A stretch of DNA of 64,000 nt from a virus (taxonomy: Duplodnaviria > Caudoviricetes). Positions 49,136-59,279 of this stretch are shown one piece after another. Both the position numbers and the translations under genes were made by a program. The notes under the pieces are model-generated. The model was given only the letters and a program-made list of their open reading frames with translations, searched no databases and was not told where the DNA came from. The first letter of the stretch is position 1, and every line of letters begins with the position of its first letter. The stretch lies in IMG/VR virus record IMGVR_UViG_3300042013_000103; one strand, written 5' to 3'.

Positions 49136-49276
49136 TCATTTCCGCTGGTACTGCTTTAACAGTTCCATGATTTTCCGGGCGTTGTGGGGACGCATGCTTT
49201 CACCGTTATTCCGGGCGCAGACGTCTTTTTTAAAGCGTGGGCGATCCAGCGCGTGTAACCCTAGCTTCCGGGTCAC
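49136..49276 (-). CDS. Small basic protein (46 aa), absent from the ORF track
   Basis: GTG overlaps the upstream TGA; reads MTRKLGLHALDRPRFKKDVC...YQRK* and ends at a hairpin. Confidence 0.4.
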   Translation of the reverse strand: MTRKLGLHALDRPRFKKDVCARNNGESMRPHNARKIMELLKQYQRK

Positions 49277-49389
49277 TTGCGTTTAACCGCTTTGGGTTGG
49301 AACCGGGCAAAGGCCGCCATGATGGTCGACGCTTGCAACTGTTTGGTGGTGGGCTTGCGCACAACACCACCGGAGAAATACGACGGCAT
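49273..49389 (-). CDS. Small basic protein (38 aa), absent from the ORF track
   Basis: GAGGT RBS then MPSYFSGGVVRKPTTKQ...AVKRK*. Confidence 0.45.
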   Translation of the reverse strand: MPSYFSGGVVRKPTTKQLQASTIMAAFARFQPKAVKRK

Positions 49390-49398
49390 GGAAGTACC

Positions 49399-50070
49399 TC
49401 AGAGTTCAGCAGTAGGAACGAGTGCTGCGGCCTTCGGGTTGAGGGCCACGGCGCGTTTGTAGAAGACCTCATGGAGTTCCACCACCGACAGAGCAGTGAC
49501 ACCGTCTTCTTTATAGAGTACGGCACGGTTCTCGTCGCCCACTGGTGTTGTTATCAGGTCGATCACCGGGGCATTGGCATCGGCCGCCATGATGATGTCG
49601 TGATCCGCTTGGCCGAGGAAGTCCACCAGCAGCGTGCGGGTTTCTTTGATCAGGTGCTCTTGGGCTTGTTCGTACGGGCTGCGGATCACGAACTTGGCCA
49701 AGTTGCCCATGATGGTCGCCGTGTTCAATCGGCGCTTTACCGCTGCCAGTTGTTTCTTGGACAGCTTTGGTTTCTTGTCTTTCAGGCTGTACGAACCGTC
49801 GGTTTGTTTGGTGGCCACTAGGGCACCCTTTTCGATTGGCATGATCGAATCGAATATGACCGTGTTCTCCCCACGTTCTGGGCAGATACCATCGGCGACT
49901 GGGAGTCGATCCGGGTTCAGGTAACCCAGTTCATCCACGTGCATAAGGCCGGACGGGATAGAACCGTCGGTGGACTTCGTCGCCAAGACCTTGCTGGTAA
50001 CACGGGACCCATCGTCGACCAATTTGGTCAGGACATCGGACTGCAACATTTCGGTAGGGAGTGGCAACAT
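49399..50070 (-). CDS. Hypothetical protein
   Basis: 223 aa, AAGGA RBS. Confidence 0.6.
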   Translation of the reverse strand: MLPLPTEMLQSDVLTKLVDDGSRVTSKVLATKSTDGSIPSGLMHVDELGYLNPDRLPVADGICPERGENTVIFDSIMPIEKGALVATKQTDGSYSLKDKKPKLSKKQLAAVKRRLNTATIMGNLAKFVIRSPYEQAQEHLIKETRTLLVDFLGQADHDIIMAADANAPVIDLITTPVGDENRAVLYKEDGVTALSVVELHEVFYKRAVALNPKAAALVPTAEL

Positions 50071-50080
50071 GGGTAGTTCC

Positions 50081-50431
50081 TTAGCTCATGAATTTAGTGG
50101 TAATAACATTTTGGATAGCTTTGCGAATAGCTTTGGTCAGGCGACTGACGCCATCTGAATAAGCGAGCAGCCTTTTGGGTGTCTTCGACTCGATAGTGAG
50201 TTCAGACTCCGGGTATTTGGTGAAACCGGGTTTCTTACCAGCCATGGTCTTGCGGTATCCTTCGGGGCAAGGAATCCCCGACGTCGGTAGAGCCACCACA
50301 ATGGGGTTGCGGAGGCATGACGGAATCAAGGGTTTGGTCCAGTTACCGTCGATGAGCGCGGACCGGTAAAAGAACAGGGGCCCACCGCCCATCAACAGGC
50401 GGGTGAAGTTTTCGGGGGTTTTCACGCTCAT
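50081..50431 (-). CDS. Hypothetical basic protein
   Basis: 116 aa, ATGA overlap with the upstream ORF. Confidence 0.55.
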   Translation of the reverse strand: MSVKTPENFTRLLMGGGPLFFYRSALIDGNWTKPLIPSCLRNPIVVALPTSGIPCPEGYRKTMAGKKPGFTKYPESELTIESKTPKRLLAYSDGVSRLTKAIRKAIQNVITTKFMS

Positions 50432-50556
50432 TCGGCGAAATACTCCGGGGGTAGTTTAACGATGCCTTTGCGCCAGGTGTTGTCACTGCGGTAGTACCGC
50501 GTCACGTACTGACGTAACTTGGCTGGGGTGATGGGGAACTTCAGTACACGCGACAT
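50428..50556 (-). CDS. Small hypothetical protein
   Basis: ATG 50556 (MSRVLKFP...) with AGGA RBS. Confidence 0.4.
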   Translation of the reverse strand: MSRVLKFPITPAKLRQYVTRYYRSDNTWRKGIVKLPPEYFAE

Positions 50557-50561
50557 GGGGT

Positions 50562-50804
50562 CTATCCTGCACGAAAGGTGGAGCTGATGATACCCGGTTC
50601 CACTCCCGGGTCGGCCACGCCTATGCGTTTGGTGTGCCATTTCTTCCGACCGAAACCACGGAGGCTTTGGTATGCTTCACTTTGGTCTTGAACGTGTCTG
50701 GGGCGGTACGCTTTGGCCAACTCTTCGGTAGACGCAACCACCACCAACGAGATGAACTCATCGAAATCCGTCAACCCCACCCGTTGCCTCAGCCAAATGT
50801 ACAT
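50562..50804 (-). CDS. Small hypothetical protein
   Basis: 80 aa, AAGGA RBS just after the polymerase stop. Confidence 0.5.
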   Translation of the reverse strand: MYIWLRQRVGLTDFDEFISLVVVASTEELAKAYRPRHVQDQSEAYQSLRGFGRKKWHTKRIGVADPGVEPGIISSTFRAG

Positions 50805-50814
50805 GTTCGTTCCT

Positions 50815-52941
50815 TTAATAATAGTCAGAGATCAATCGGGAGTTGTTCTTGTCCGACAGGAATACCCCCAAGGACTCGAGCAACAAGTAGAACACCCGCA
50901 TGGTGTTGGAGATCACAGTACGGACGTCTGCGACACGGGTCAGTACCTCTGGCACCCCGTAGTTCTCCACGACGCTGGCGGGCACGTGCATGGCGTTCAC
51001 AGCGGTCTTGCCGGTACGCATCTGCCACGCTTTGAAACGCATCTTCATGACCGGGTCTTCAATCGACTCAATCCACGCTTCCATCTCGGTGCGGTTACTG
51101 GCCACCAATGAAATCTTCACGAACTGGTACGGCGGTGGCGGCAGGTCGCCAAAGTTCGGTTGGAACACTTCCTTCCAGAACTCGTGCTTCTTGTACGTGT
51201 CGTTTTCTTCGGACTTGTACGCCGCAATCGGTTTCACCTGACCGGTGGTCAAGTATTCGGCCGAACCCGAACGGATCGAGTTGATGATGCCGCGTTCCAA
51301 ATCCCCCACTTCTTTCAACAATGCCGGCAGGTCGATCAGTTCTTCTTTCTTGATGGTTTCAATGATGCGCACCATCATGTTCTTGCCCGCATCGATGATC
51401 TTCGGTGGGCACTTACTGTCCCGCAGGCCCACACCCTTCACTTCCATCTGCGGGGTTTCGAAGTACACCCCTTCCTGTGCATCCCGCGACGCATAGTAGT
51501 GTTTCGACGCAGTGGTCATCGACAGCACGGCGAAGTAGTACTCGTTCTTCATCGCCAACAGACGCAACTTCTCTTTCGAGACGCCCATGTTCGCCGATTG
51601 GATGGCCAAGATGTGCGCTACTGCTTGCGAGACCAAAAACACCAACCCAAACACTAAACGTTTGGCGTCCGGAATGAAGGTCACCCGACCGAAGAACTCT
51701 TCCACCCAGTACTGCATCGTAAACATCGTCGAGTCGGTGTCTGAGATGACCGCAGCGCGACGATAGGACGTGGGGAATGCATGGATACTGCTCGGCACGT
51801 TCTTCGACATGAAGAGCACTTCCAGCATCGGCTTGTACTGGTTCAATACCTGGATCGAATTGTGCGCGGTGGCGTAGATCAGGTCAAAGATCTCCGGGGA
51901 GTCACGGGTCAAGGTTTCTGGGTTCCGGCCCCGCACTTGGTCGAAGCACAGGAAGTTCGCCAGCATCTTGGTGTCACCGTCATACGCTTCGAACTGCGCT
52001 TTGGTGATGTTCTGGTCTGGAGTCCCCAAGCGGGTCAGGTCTTCCAGGAACTTGCGCACCGCCACCTTGTTGAGCTGGTACAGGTGGTACAAGTCACCGA
52101 CGTACATGATCGCTGCACGTTCAATCGGCTCCATCGCCGACACCAACATATGCAGTTGGGTCGTGAAGTGTTGGTTCTGCCAGTAATGCGCCGTCGAGTA
52201 CAACATCATCCCGATGACGTCATCAGCAGTGGGGTACACAAACCCATAGTCCCGCACCACCGCATCCAGCTTCTTCAGGTCCGTGTTGCGAATGATCGAG
52301 ATGAAGTTGGCTTTGGTGATTTCAGGGCTGTAGTAGTGGCGATTGCCCGCAATGAACTTCTCGTTGTTGGCGTTCGCATACGACGTCGCCGTACGGCAGG
52401 TGGAGGTCAAACTGGAGTGCGTCGACTTGCAGTACAGGATCGTTGCCGAGGACACCGTTGCACCGGAGTACGAGTTATTGTTTTGCTTGAGGTTTTCTTG
52501 TTCACCTTTAAAGACCAGGGCTTTCTCAAACAGTTTGTCCCGCAACGCGAACTTCTGCAGGTCCTTAACCTTGGCCCGACCTTCCACGCCTTCTTGAATG
52601 TATTCCGAGTGGGTGGATTTGCGCACGTCTTCCGGCAGGTACGCGGTCATCGACGGAGCCAACAGCAGTTTCTGTTTCTTCACCCGGTTGAGGAACCCGA
52701 GGAACGTGACGTGTTTGAGCGTGCGGTCGCCGTACTCGTTCTTGTCGAGGATGATCGTCTTGGGGTTTTGGAACGCGTTGACGCCGTCCGGACGGACTTG
52801 GGTCTTCACGAATTCCAAACACACGTCAAATGGATCCCCTGTCATCAAGGACAGATACTTTGCGTTATCACCTAGGTACGCGTCGATGATCTCCAGATCT
52901 CGCTCGTAGTATTCGGCGTCTTTCAGAAAGGGGTTGAACAT
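50815..52941 (-). CDS. Split family-B DNA polymerase, catalytic subunit (phiKZ gp50-like)
   Basis: Motif B KQNNNSYSG, motif C ISDTDS, KNEY/KHYY and EVKGVGL thumb motifs. Confidence 0.88.
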   Translation of the reverse strand: MFNPFLKDAEYYERDLEIIDAYLGDNAKYLSLMTGDPFDVCLEFVKTQVRPDGVNAFQNPKTIILDKNEYGDRTLKHVTFLGFLNRVKKQKLLLAPSMTAYLPEDVRKSTHSEYIQEGVEGRAKVKDLQKFALRDKLFEKALVFKGEQENLKQNNNSYSGATVSSATILYCKSTHSSLTSTCRTATSYANANNEKFIAGNRHYYSPEITKANFISIIRNTDLKKLDAVVRDYGFVYPTADDVIGMMLYSTAHYWQNQHFTTQLHMLVSAMEPIERAAIMYVGDLYHLYQLNKVAVRKFLEDLTRLGTPDQNITKAQFEAYDGDTKMLANFLCFDQVRGRNPETLTRDSPEIFDLIYATAHNSIQVLNQYKPMLEVLFMSKNVPSSIHAFPTSYRRAAVISDTDSTMFTMQYWVEEFFGRVTFIPDAKRLVFGLVFLVSQAVAHILAIQSANMGVSKEKLRLLAMKNEYYFAVLSMTTASKHYYASRDAQEGVYFETPQMEVKGVGLRDSKCPPKIIDAGKNMMVRIIETIKKEELIDLPALLKEVGDLERGIINSIRSGSAEYLTTGQVKPIAAYKSEENDTYKKHEFWKEVFQPNFGDLPPPPYQFVKISLVASNRTEMEAWIESIEDPVMKMRFKAWQMRTGKTAVNAMHVPASVVENYGVPEVLTRVADVRTVISNTMRVFYLLLESLGVFLSDKNNSRLISDYY

Positions 52942-53075
52942 GGCGTGGTCCTATTCGAAGGTGTTCCGTAAACCGTCCCCTTACACCAAAACAGGAAATA
53001 GACGGATGCCATTAAGCATCCAGGTTCCCAAGGGGCAAAGCGATTTACAACTCACATGGTTGCCCACACCAGTAC

Positions 53076-53351
53076 TTATTCGACTTTCAGCCCAACACCG
53101 GTTTCATCCGTGGACAGCGTGACCACCATCTGCAATTTATGCGCCACACCCAACAAGCGTTCAATGGTGATTGACTCCAGCTTTCCATTCAAGATCAGGC
53201 TGCATTCGGAAATGGTCAGCCCCAAGACAAACGCCGCTTCCGTTTGAGTGCGCCACTCTTTCCGGATTCGTTTGGTCAGGTGTTTGGCCAACAGGTCTTT
53301 AAAGTCCGTAACGCAGGTCGGGGTGGGTCTTTTGGTGTATGTGCGACGCAT
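53076..53351 (-). CDS. XRE-family (HigA-like) helix-turn-helix regulator
   Basis: TQTEAAFVLGLTISECSLILNGK...TIERL pattern; GAGGT RBS. Confidence 0.75.
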   Translation of the reverse strand: MRRTYTKRPTPTCVTDFKDLLAKHLTKRIRKEWRTQTEAAFVLGLTISECSLILNGKLESITIERLLGVAHKLQMVVTLSTDETGVGLKVE

Positions 53352-53403
53352 GGTAACCTCGGGATGGCATAGAGCCCTCCTTAACAGGAGAGCCGTATGG
53401 GGT

Positions 53404-53811
53404 TTACTCGAATGTGACGGAGTCGGGGGTTTCGTTGTTGGCTTTGATGGCCAACAGGATCCGGTCCAACCGACGCTGGTCGATGTTCTGGAAAATCAGG
53501 GTGGCCGTGGAACCTTCCGAGATGACGATGGTGCCCGCTCGGATCCAAGGACTACCAATCACCGCGTATTCGCCTGAATCGAACTTAATGCGAATCCAGC
53601 TGTACTGCGTGGGGTCATTGGGAACCCCGGCCGGCAACGATGGGTACACGTTGGCATGCGCTGGGTAAATCGCTTCCCCCAAGGTCTGGGCCAACTGCGC
53701 GTCGAACTCACCGCAGTAGGTTACGTTCTTGAAGACGTTCCCCAGCTGAGCACTGGGGTAAACCTCGAAGGAAATCTTTTGGTTAACCTGTAGGTCAGAG
53801 ATTGTGGTCAT
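53404..53811 (-). CDS. Conserved small beta-rich virion protein (phiKZ gp49-like)
   Basis: 135 aa; ISFEVYP..LG, HANVYP.LP and W.RIK motifs. Confidence 0.55.
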   Translation of the reverse strand: MTTISDLQVNQKISFEVYPSAQLGNVFKNVTYCGEFDAQLAQTLGEAIYPAHANVYPSLPAGVPNDPTQYSWIRIKFDSGEYAVIGSPWIRAGTIVISEGSTATLIFQNIDQRRLDRILLAIKANNETPDSVTFE

Positions 53812-54202
53812 GCTTTCTGCTCCGGATGATTTTAGCTTGAGTCATATCTTTAGGCTCAATAATAAAACCAAACGTTCCCGTCAGGTCGATGGGGATGATT
53901 GAGATGACCTCGATGCCTGGATAACGCTTGACGTAATCCGCGTAAACCTTGTAGGTGTCGACCACGTCTTGGTCATCGTCTTCCAAAAACCCGTCGTCGA
54001 TCCGAGGGGATTCAATGATGGTGTTGACGAACTCGTCCATCACCGTGGTTTGAAAGGCATGCAGCAATTTCCGACGCATCTTGAAGGTTTCTTCTTCGAC
54101 TCGGTCGGCTTCGTTAAAACGGGAGGCAATGATCTCGCTCAGCCAGCGGGCGGCGAAGAGCGTACCGGGTTGGGATTGTTCTACGTGAAGTGTGTACGCC
54201 AT
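53795..54202 (-). CDS. Hypothetical protein
   Basis: Start reassigned to ATG 54202 (AGGGA RBS). Confidence 0.6.
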   Translation of the reverse strand: MAYTLHVEQSQPGTLFAARWLSEIIASRFNEADRVEEETFKMRRKLLHAFQTTVMDEFVNTIIESPRIDDGFLEDDDQDVVDTYKVYADYVKRYPGIEVISIIPIDLTGTFGFIIEPKDMTQAKIIRSRKHDHNL

Positions 54203-54212
54203 GTCATTTTCC

Positions 54213-54617
54213 CTAGTGAACGAATGCGACCCCCAGCTGCGTATAAGGGAGGTCAATGTACACTCGTTCCGGTTTGTTGTTGAGTGAAGGGTGTCTAAGG
54301 AACTCGAAGACGCTGTCCAGGTACGGGATCGCTTGCGCCATGGCGCTGTCAACCTCAAGGGCCGATAACAACTCCACGCCAGGCACCGCATAAATCAGGT
54401 CCCACAGGAAACCGAAGGCTGAGTAATCACGGTCCGGCCACTGCCATTGTTCCCGACGGTGGTACCGGTGTTCGTGCACTGCGTATCCAATTAAGGCATG
54501 TGAAAGGCGTATACGAAATAGCTCATGTCCGGGTATGCATATATGGCCAAACATACCCACGCTGGACATTACCAAGGTTCGTGTCCACGGTTTGCGTTGG
54601 GCAATGGGGAGCATCAT
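54213..54617 (-). CDS. Hypothetical protein
   Basis: 134 aa, ATGA overlap. Confidence 0.5.
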   Translation of the reverse strand: MMLPIAQRKPWTRTLVMSSVGMFGHICIPGHELFRIRLSHALIGYAVHEHRYHRREQWQWPDRDYSAFGFLWDLIYAVPGVELLSALEVDSAMAQAIPYLDSVFEFLRHPSLNNKPERVYIDLPYTQLGVAFVH

Positions 54618-55435
54618 AGGTAGTCCGTTCCGCTAGAAGAGACCTCGTCGTCACTGCGCACGTTGTGCCGGTCCAACCAATCGTGGATCACATCAACGTT
54701 ACTCGGATGAATCCAGTACTTGCCGTACATCTGGGTGCCCGGCTGAGGCGTTAGGTGAATGCGTTGTGCCAGATCCCCCACCCATTCCTGGAGGGCCTGC
54801 GGGGCATCAATGCTCACGAAGTCAATGCGTTCGTACCACTTGTACGTTCGGATGTACTCGTCCGATTCCGGCACGTACTGGCCTTGGTGCAGTATCATGG
54901 CTTCCGGCACGCAGCTGTCCCCGGTGATGATGAACATCTGGGTTTGGTTGGGTTTGATGTCCACCGATTGAAACCGGGTGATCTCGTTGCCTTGCACCAG
55001 GACTTGGTGGAACGACGGCGCCAAGATCTTCGCCAGGTGCACCACCACTTCCGTGAACCACTTACTCAGTTGCAGCAGCGCCTCACGGTCTTGCAGGTCA
55101 TCACCGTTGTACATTTTCATCGCCGTGGGGAAGGTTTCCCCTAAGTACATTTCGAAGTCCAGGACCATCCCCGGTTGAGGCACCACCGTGGGGTTGGATT
55201 GCAACCAGTGGTTCACACAACCGTGGACCAGCATGATCACCGAGACGTCATCGTCCAGATGGTGGTCAGATTCCGGGTTGCGGTAAGACCAGTTCTGAAT
55301 GGAGAGGGCGATCTTGTAAATCAGTTTTTGGATTTCTTGGGTGTTTGCCGTGATGGCCACGTTGGTCGGCAAAGGGGCTTCGTACATAGTGGTCGTCCAA
55401 AAAGAATCAAGGATTGGGTCGGATGTATCGAGCAT
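54614..55435 (-). CDS. Hypothetical protein
   Basis: 273 aa, AAGGAG RBS. Confidence 0.65.
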   Translation of the reverse strand: MLDTSDPILDSFWTTTMYEAPLPTNVAITANTQEIQKLIYKIALSIQNWSYRNPESDHHLDDDVSVIMLVHGCVNHWLQSNPTVVPQPGMVLDFEMYLGETFPTAMKMYNGDDLQDREALLQLSKWFTEVVVHLAKILAPSFHQVLVQGNEITRFQSVDIKPNQTQMFIITGDSCVPEAMILHQGQYVPESDEYIRTYKWYERIDFVSIDAPQALQEWVGDLAQRIHLTPQPGTQMYGKYWIHPSNVDVIHDWLDRHNVRSDDEVSSSGTDYL

Positions 55436-55445
55436 GAGGCGCTCC

Positions 55446-55835
55446 TTAAGCAGTCACTAGAATGATAACCCGCTTATGGTCCACCCCTAGGCACCGCAAA
55501 TCAACCGCCACGCCCATGGGGTCTTGGGTTTTCAACATACCCAAGATTAACTTGCGGTACTCGTGGTCAATGCGCTTGATCAGCGACCGGTACTCGGGAT
55601 AGAGGTCTTTGTTGGTCACATAGACTCCGCTATCCACGTAAATGTTCACCAGTTCACTGTACCCGGCCTGGGTGTTGTTCTCCAGAATCTGTTCGTACGT
55701 CAGGCACCCGGTGCAGTACCAGTATTCGTAGATGCTATTCAGGACTTGTTGCACGCAATGCTCGACCCGCCAATGCCCCAGTTCTTTGATCTCGTGTGTA
55801 GAAAGCCTCTGCTCTAAGACGATTAACAATTTCAT
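55446..55835 (-). CDS. Hypothetical protein
   Basis: Start reassigned to ATG 55835 (MKLLIVLEQ); overlaps the upstream gene by about 100 nt. Confidence 0.55.
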   Translation of the reverse strand: MKLLIVLEQRLSTHEIKELGHWRVEHCVQQVLNSIYEYWYCTGCLTYEQILENNTQAGYSELVNIYVDSGVYVTNKDLYPEYRSLIKRIDHEYRKLILGMLKTQDPMGVAVDLRCLGVDHKRVIILVTA

Positions 55836-56250
55836 ATTGTTCCCACTTGTCCGCGGTGTAAACCACGATAAAAATTGCCTTGTTTCGTTTGAACTGCACG
55901 GGGAACACGGCGTTGACTCCTTTGGGTAAGGCTTTCCACAACACCAAGGCCGTGTCAATAAAGAGCTTCTCATAGCGAGCAGCCCGTTTCCCTTTGCGCC
56001 TTTCAAAACCGTCGGGCATCCGCAACCAGTTCCCGGGAATCACAAACTCCCAGTCGTAGGTCATGTCTTCCCGTTCCACGGTAGCAATCCCGCGCATCAC
56101 CCAGTCGATGATGTCGTTAAACACCCCGCACGGTCCCACACCGACGTAGGCATGGCCGGTGATGATCTTGGAATGCAGTTTCTCCAGTTCTTCGTAGTGG
56201 GGGAAGTAGGTGGGGATGTCCAGCGTGTACACCAACTCTTTACGTTCCAT
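55735..56250 (-). CDS. Hypothetical protein
   Basis: Start reassigned to ATG 56250 (GAGGTG RBS). Confidence 0.6.
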   Translation of the reverse strand: MERKELVYTLDIPTYFPHYEELEKLHSKIITGHAYVGVGPCGVFNDIIDWVMRGIATVEREDMTYDWEFVIPGNWLRMPDGFERRKGKRAARYEKLFIDTALVLWKALPKGVNAVFPVQFKRNKAIFIVVYTADKWEQYEIVNRLRAEAFYTRDQRTGALAGRALRATSPE

Positions 56251-56300
56251 TAGATACACCTCTTGACAGCATATCGCCCCAGCCGAAGCCGGGGCGAAAG

Positions 56301-56564
56301 TTACGTGTTGACCACGGGGAGCGTTAACCCGCTGAGCGAGTTGCGGCAAGAATGGTGCATTTGTTCTTGCAGCAGGGCTTGCTTGGCTTTGGTCACCAAC
56401 ACGTATTGTTCAGTGGTTCCGCGGTGGCTGTAGGCATTGACCACGTAACCTTTTGTTTCCAGGGCCGACAGGGCGATGGCTTTGAGTGGGTCATTGACGG
56501 TGAACTCAACCACGTGGAACCCTGTCCCCTGATATATCTTAATACCTTGACGAAAATCAATCAT
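56301..56564 (-). CDS. Small hypothetical protein
   Basis: ATG 56564 in an ATGA overlap with the upstream stop. Confidence 0.55.
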   Translation of the reverse strand: MIDFRQGIKIYQGTGFHVVEFTVNDPLKAIALSALETKGYVVNAYSHRGTTEQYVLVTKAKQALLQEQMHHSCRNSLSGLTLPVVNT

Positions 56565-57484
56565 TGACGGTTCTCCATAATCCAACGCTCCGCGATGTCC
56601 ACTTCACCCGGCAACAACCGATCACCGCGCTCGTAGGACTCCACCAGTTCCAGGATTTCGCGCTCACTGGCACTGCGGTTCACTTCCCGGATGGTCAGCA
56701 AGCCATTGATCAAGTCGGCTTCGTAACTTTTGTTCCGTTTGATGTACGTCGAGAAGTACGTCAACCCGAACGCGTGCAGTACCTTGGAAACGACGTTAGA
56801 CTTGAAGGTGTCGTAATGGAAGATCCCCATTCTCGCCAACAGTTTGCTGTCCACCATAGGAGTGTGCTTGCTGAAGCGCAGCTGAGGATACAGTTCCACG
56901 AACACTTCCGCCACCAGTGCGGTAATAAACCCGGCGGTGAATTCCATGCCGTAGTGGGTTTCGAACTTCTCATGGATGTACTCGATCGGGTTGGAACAAT
57001 TCAACGAGATGTACGGACGTTCGTTCTCGTCCACGTACTCGTTCGCTTGCTCCCACTCGGACACGCGGTAGTCCTTGCCTTCCGCCATGGCCAAGATCCC
57101 CGCCATGGAAATGATCTTCCACTCGGTCCAGGTCTTTTCTTCGATGTGCCGGTAGATCTGCCCTGACAGTTCATGCACGATGCCGTCAATCGACGGTTCA
57201 CGGTCCACAATCTCGGCGATGTCGATTTGGTGCGGTTGGACTTGTTCCTGTTCGCAGTTAAACAGGATCGCGGCTTTGGCCAAGGTCCAGTCATACCCGT
57301 TGGTGGGGATCAACGATCGGGCCGCCAATAACTCTTCGGCCAACACTTTTACGTACCGCATCCCCATGGCTTTCGTTGGGAACGCAAAGGATGCATTTGG
57401 GTTGTTTTCTTTTAGGAAGATAAAGTAATCCAGCGCCACGGACACGTGTTGGCGCGCTTCCAGTACAATAAACCGCTTATGCAT
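56561..57484 (-). CDS. Conserved hypothetical protein
   Basis: 307 aa, GAGGA RBS. Confidence 0.65.
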   Translation of the reverse strand: MHKRFIVLEARQHVSVALDYFIFLKENNPNASFAFPTKAMGMRYVKVLAEELLAARSLIPTNGYDWTLAKAAILFNCEQEQVQPHQIDIAEIVDREPSIDGIVHELSGQIYRHIEEKTWTEWKIISMAGILAMAEGKDYRVSEWEQANEYVDENERPYISLNCSNPIEYIHEKFETHYGMEFTAGFITALVAEVFVELYPQLRFSKHTPMVDSKLLARMGIFHYDTFKSNVVSKVLHAFGLTYFSTYIKRNKSYEADLINGLLTIREVNRSASEREILELVESYERGDRLLPGEVDIAERWIMENRQ

Positions 57485-57503
57485 TTCTTTGTCCTCTAGG
57501 TAA

Positions 57504-57869
57504 CTATTTACGGCTGTACGTCAACCACATCCTTCGGTCTTGCCGAAATAGGTGTACGAAAGAGCCTGCGCTTTCGTTGGGTAAGGCCAGGATCTGGTAT
57601 AGCCAACTGCGTGCTTGTGTGTTTAGTTCAAACCATCTCAACTCGGGCAACGTGTTCTGCTGAACGTTGTAACCTGCAACGTAGACCATCTGAAAGCTAT
57701 TAATGGTGTAGGACAAGAAATTGTCAATTAATAGTTGACGCTTTAGGTGGCGTTCGGTCAGGGTTCCGGGGATGTACAAGGGGTGCTCGGTGAGCGCGTC
57801 CAGGACGATCCCGATCTCGTAGCCGATGATGGTCGAAGGGGGTTTGGTCATTGGTGAGACTCCAACCAT
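57504..57869 (-). CDS. Hypothetical protein, first gene of an early operon
   Basis: 121 aa, GGAG RBS, early promoter upstream. Confidence 0.6.
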   Translation of the reverse strand: MVGVSPMTKPPSTIIGYEIGIVLDALTEHPLYIPGTLTERHLKRQLLIDNFLSYTINSFQMVYVAGYNVQQNTLPELRWFELNTQARSWLYQILALPNESAGSFVHLFRQDRRMWLTYSRK

Positions 57870-57887
57870 TATTTATTTCTCCAGACC

Positions 57888-57917
57888 GTAATATAGTCTT
57901 GAGATTTTATGTAATGG
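57888..57917 (-). promoter_or_regulatory. Phage early promoter
   Basis: CCATT-N14-GACTATATTAC. Confidence 0.75.
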
Positions 57918-58026
57918 GTGCTGAGATTTTATATGACGATCCCTGAGCCCTGCTGTATACAATACGCTACCCAAGTATTATCTTACGAGCGATCGTTCAA
58001 CCAGTGGCCTCACAGGAGCCTTTAAG

Positions 58027-58827
58027 ATGAATCCTATCACGAAAGCGTTGTCGGATTTGAAGTTTAAGATCCCACCCGAGATTTTAAAGACCGCTTTCAT
58101 CACAGCGGAACAACAGCTATGCGGTTTGAACATTTCGCTGGAAACGTTGATCCGAGAAGCCGTGATCGAAGAACGCGTGATGGTCGACATGAACCTGATC
58201 GGCGGCGCGAAAACGTACATCCCGTTGGATTTCCCCGTTAAGTCGGAGTACATCGATCCGTTCTGCGTGGTCTACTACATCCCGGACGAGTACACCCAGC
58301 AGCGCGACATCGTACAGGTGTTCTCGATCCACTTCGGGATCTTGGGCTACCAGAACACCGGGTACGCCATGAACTACTCGGAATCGGTGATGGGGGCGGA
58401 AACCCGCAAAGTGCTGGATGCGGCCAAACGCTTGCCGGTGGCCCAGACCTCGTACATCAACATCATCAACCACAACACCATCATGGTCCGCTACATTTAC
58501 CTGCCGACGCATGCCGCTTACCTGAGCTGTCGCTTGGGCAATGACCAAGAACTGAACACAATCCGGGCCCAAGCCATTCCCGCGTTCTCCAAACTCGTGG
58601 AGATGGCGGTCAAGTCCTACATCTACAACAACATGTACGTGAGCATGGGTGAATCGGTGTTGCAAGGCGGTCAAGCGCTGGGTGAGTTCCGTGACAAAGT
58701 CATGGAGTACGCCGATGCGGAAGAACTCTACGAAGAGGCGCTGAAGCGCTGGCGGAAGATCTCCCGTTGCTTCAACGACCCCGAAGGCAACCGTCACCAC
58801 ATCCGCACGATCATGGCGGCCCCGTAA
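58027..58827 (+). CDS. Conserved virion structural protein, possibly neck/head completion (phiKZ gp42-like)
   Basis: 266 aa; [16 protein letters not shown]-terminus and KSYIYN motif; synteny near PhuZ. Confidence 0.6.
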   Translation: MNPITKALSDLKFKIPPEILKTAFITAEQQLCGLNISLETLIREAVIEERVMVDMNLIGGAKTYIPLDFPVKSEYIDPFCVVYYIPDEYTQQRDIVQVFSIHFGILGYQNTGYAMNYSESVMGAETRKVLDAAKRLPVAQTSYINIINHNTIMVRYIYLPTHAAYLSCRLGNDQELNTIRAQAIPAFSKLVEMAVKSYIYNNMYVSMGESVLQGGQALGEFRDKVMEYADAEELYEEALKRWRKISRCFNDPEGNRHHIRTIMAAP

Positions 58828-58943
58828 TGCATTAAAAAGAAAGGAGTTCTCGCCATGCGCGTTAAAGAACTGGTTTGAAACCAAAAAAATAAATGACATA
58901 GGTCCTCTCCGGTTCGGAGAGGACTTTATGCCGTGTTGAGCGG

Positions 58944-59177
58944 TTATTGCACAGTGGCCAGCACACTGCTGACGATTTGTAAAGATCCATCATGGTGCAA
59001 GTGCACTCCACGGGGGCGGGGGTGAATCGTCGCGATTTGATTGTTCGCGAGGATGTCCCAAATGATCACGCAATGTTTCTTGACGATGATCTGGTGGTCA
59101 AAGGCCGAGTACAAACGTTTGGCTCGGGTCATTAAACGCTTAGCGTTGCTCACGATGTCAGTTTCATAGGTTTCCAT
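58944..59177 (-). CDS. Small hypothetical protein, about 80 aa module family
   Basis: AGGAG RBS; IATIHPR motif resembles neighbours. Confidence 0.55.
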   Translation of the reverse strand: METYETDIVSNAKRLMTRAKRLYSAFDHQIIVKKHCVIIWDILANNQIATIHPRPRGVHLHHDGSLQIVSSVLATVQ

Positions 59178-59279
59178 TATAGTTGCTCCTGTGACTTTGA
59201 GTTACACTTACTCCGTACCGGGGTTTTAGTGGGAAAGACGACATAAACCCCCTCCACACTGGAAGGGGCTATGTTGGGG

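Noticed and set aside
10667-52941. Split DNA polymerase halves 40 kb apart, split RNAP subunits, chimallin and PhuZ as a novel system
   Set aside because: These are established hallmarks of phiKZ-like phages.
55735-55835. 100-nt overlap of two hypothetical genes as possible recoding
   Set aside because: Both genes have their own plausible start and stop, and no slippery site is needed.
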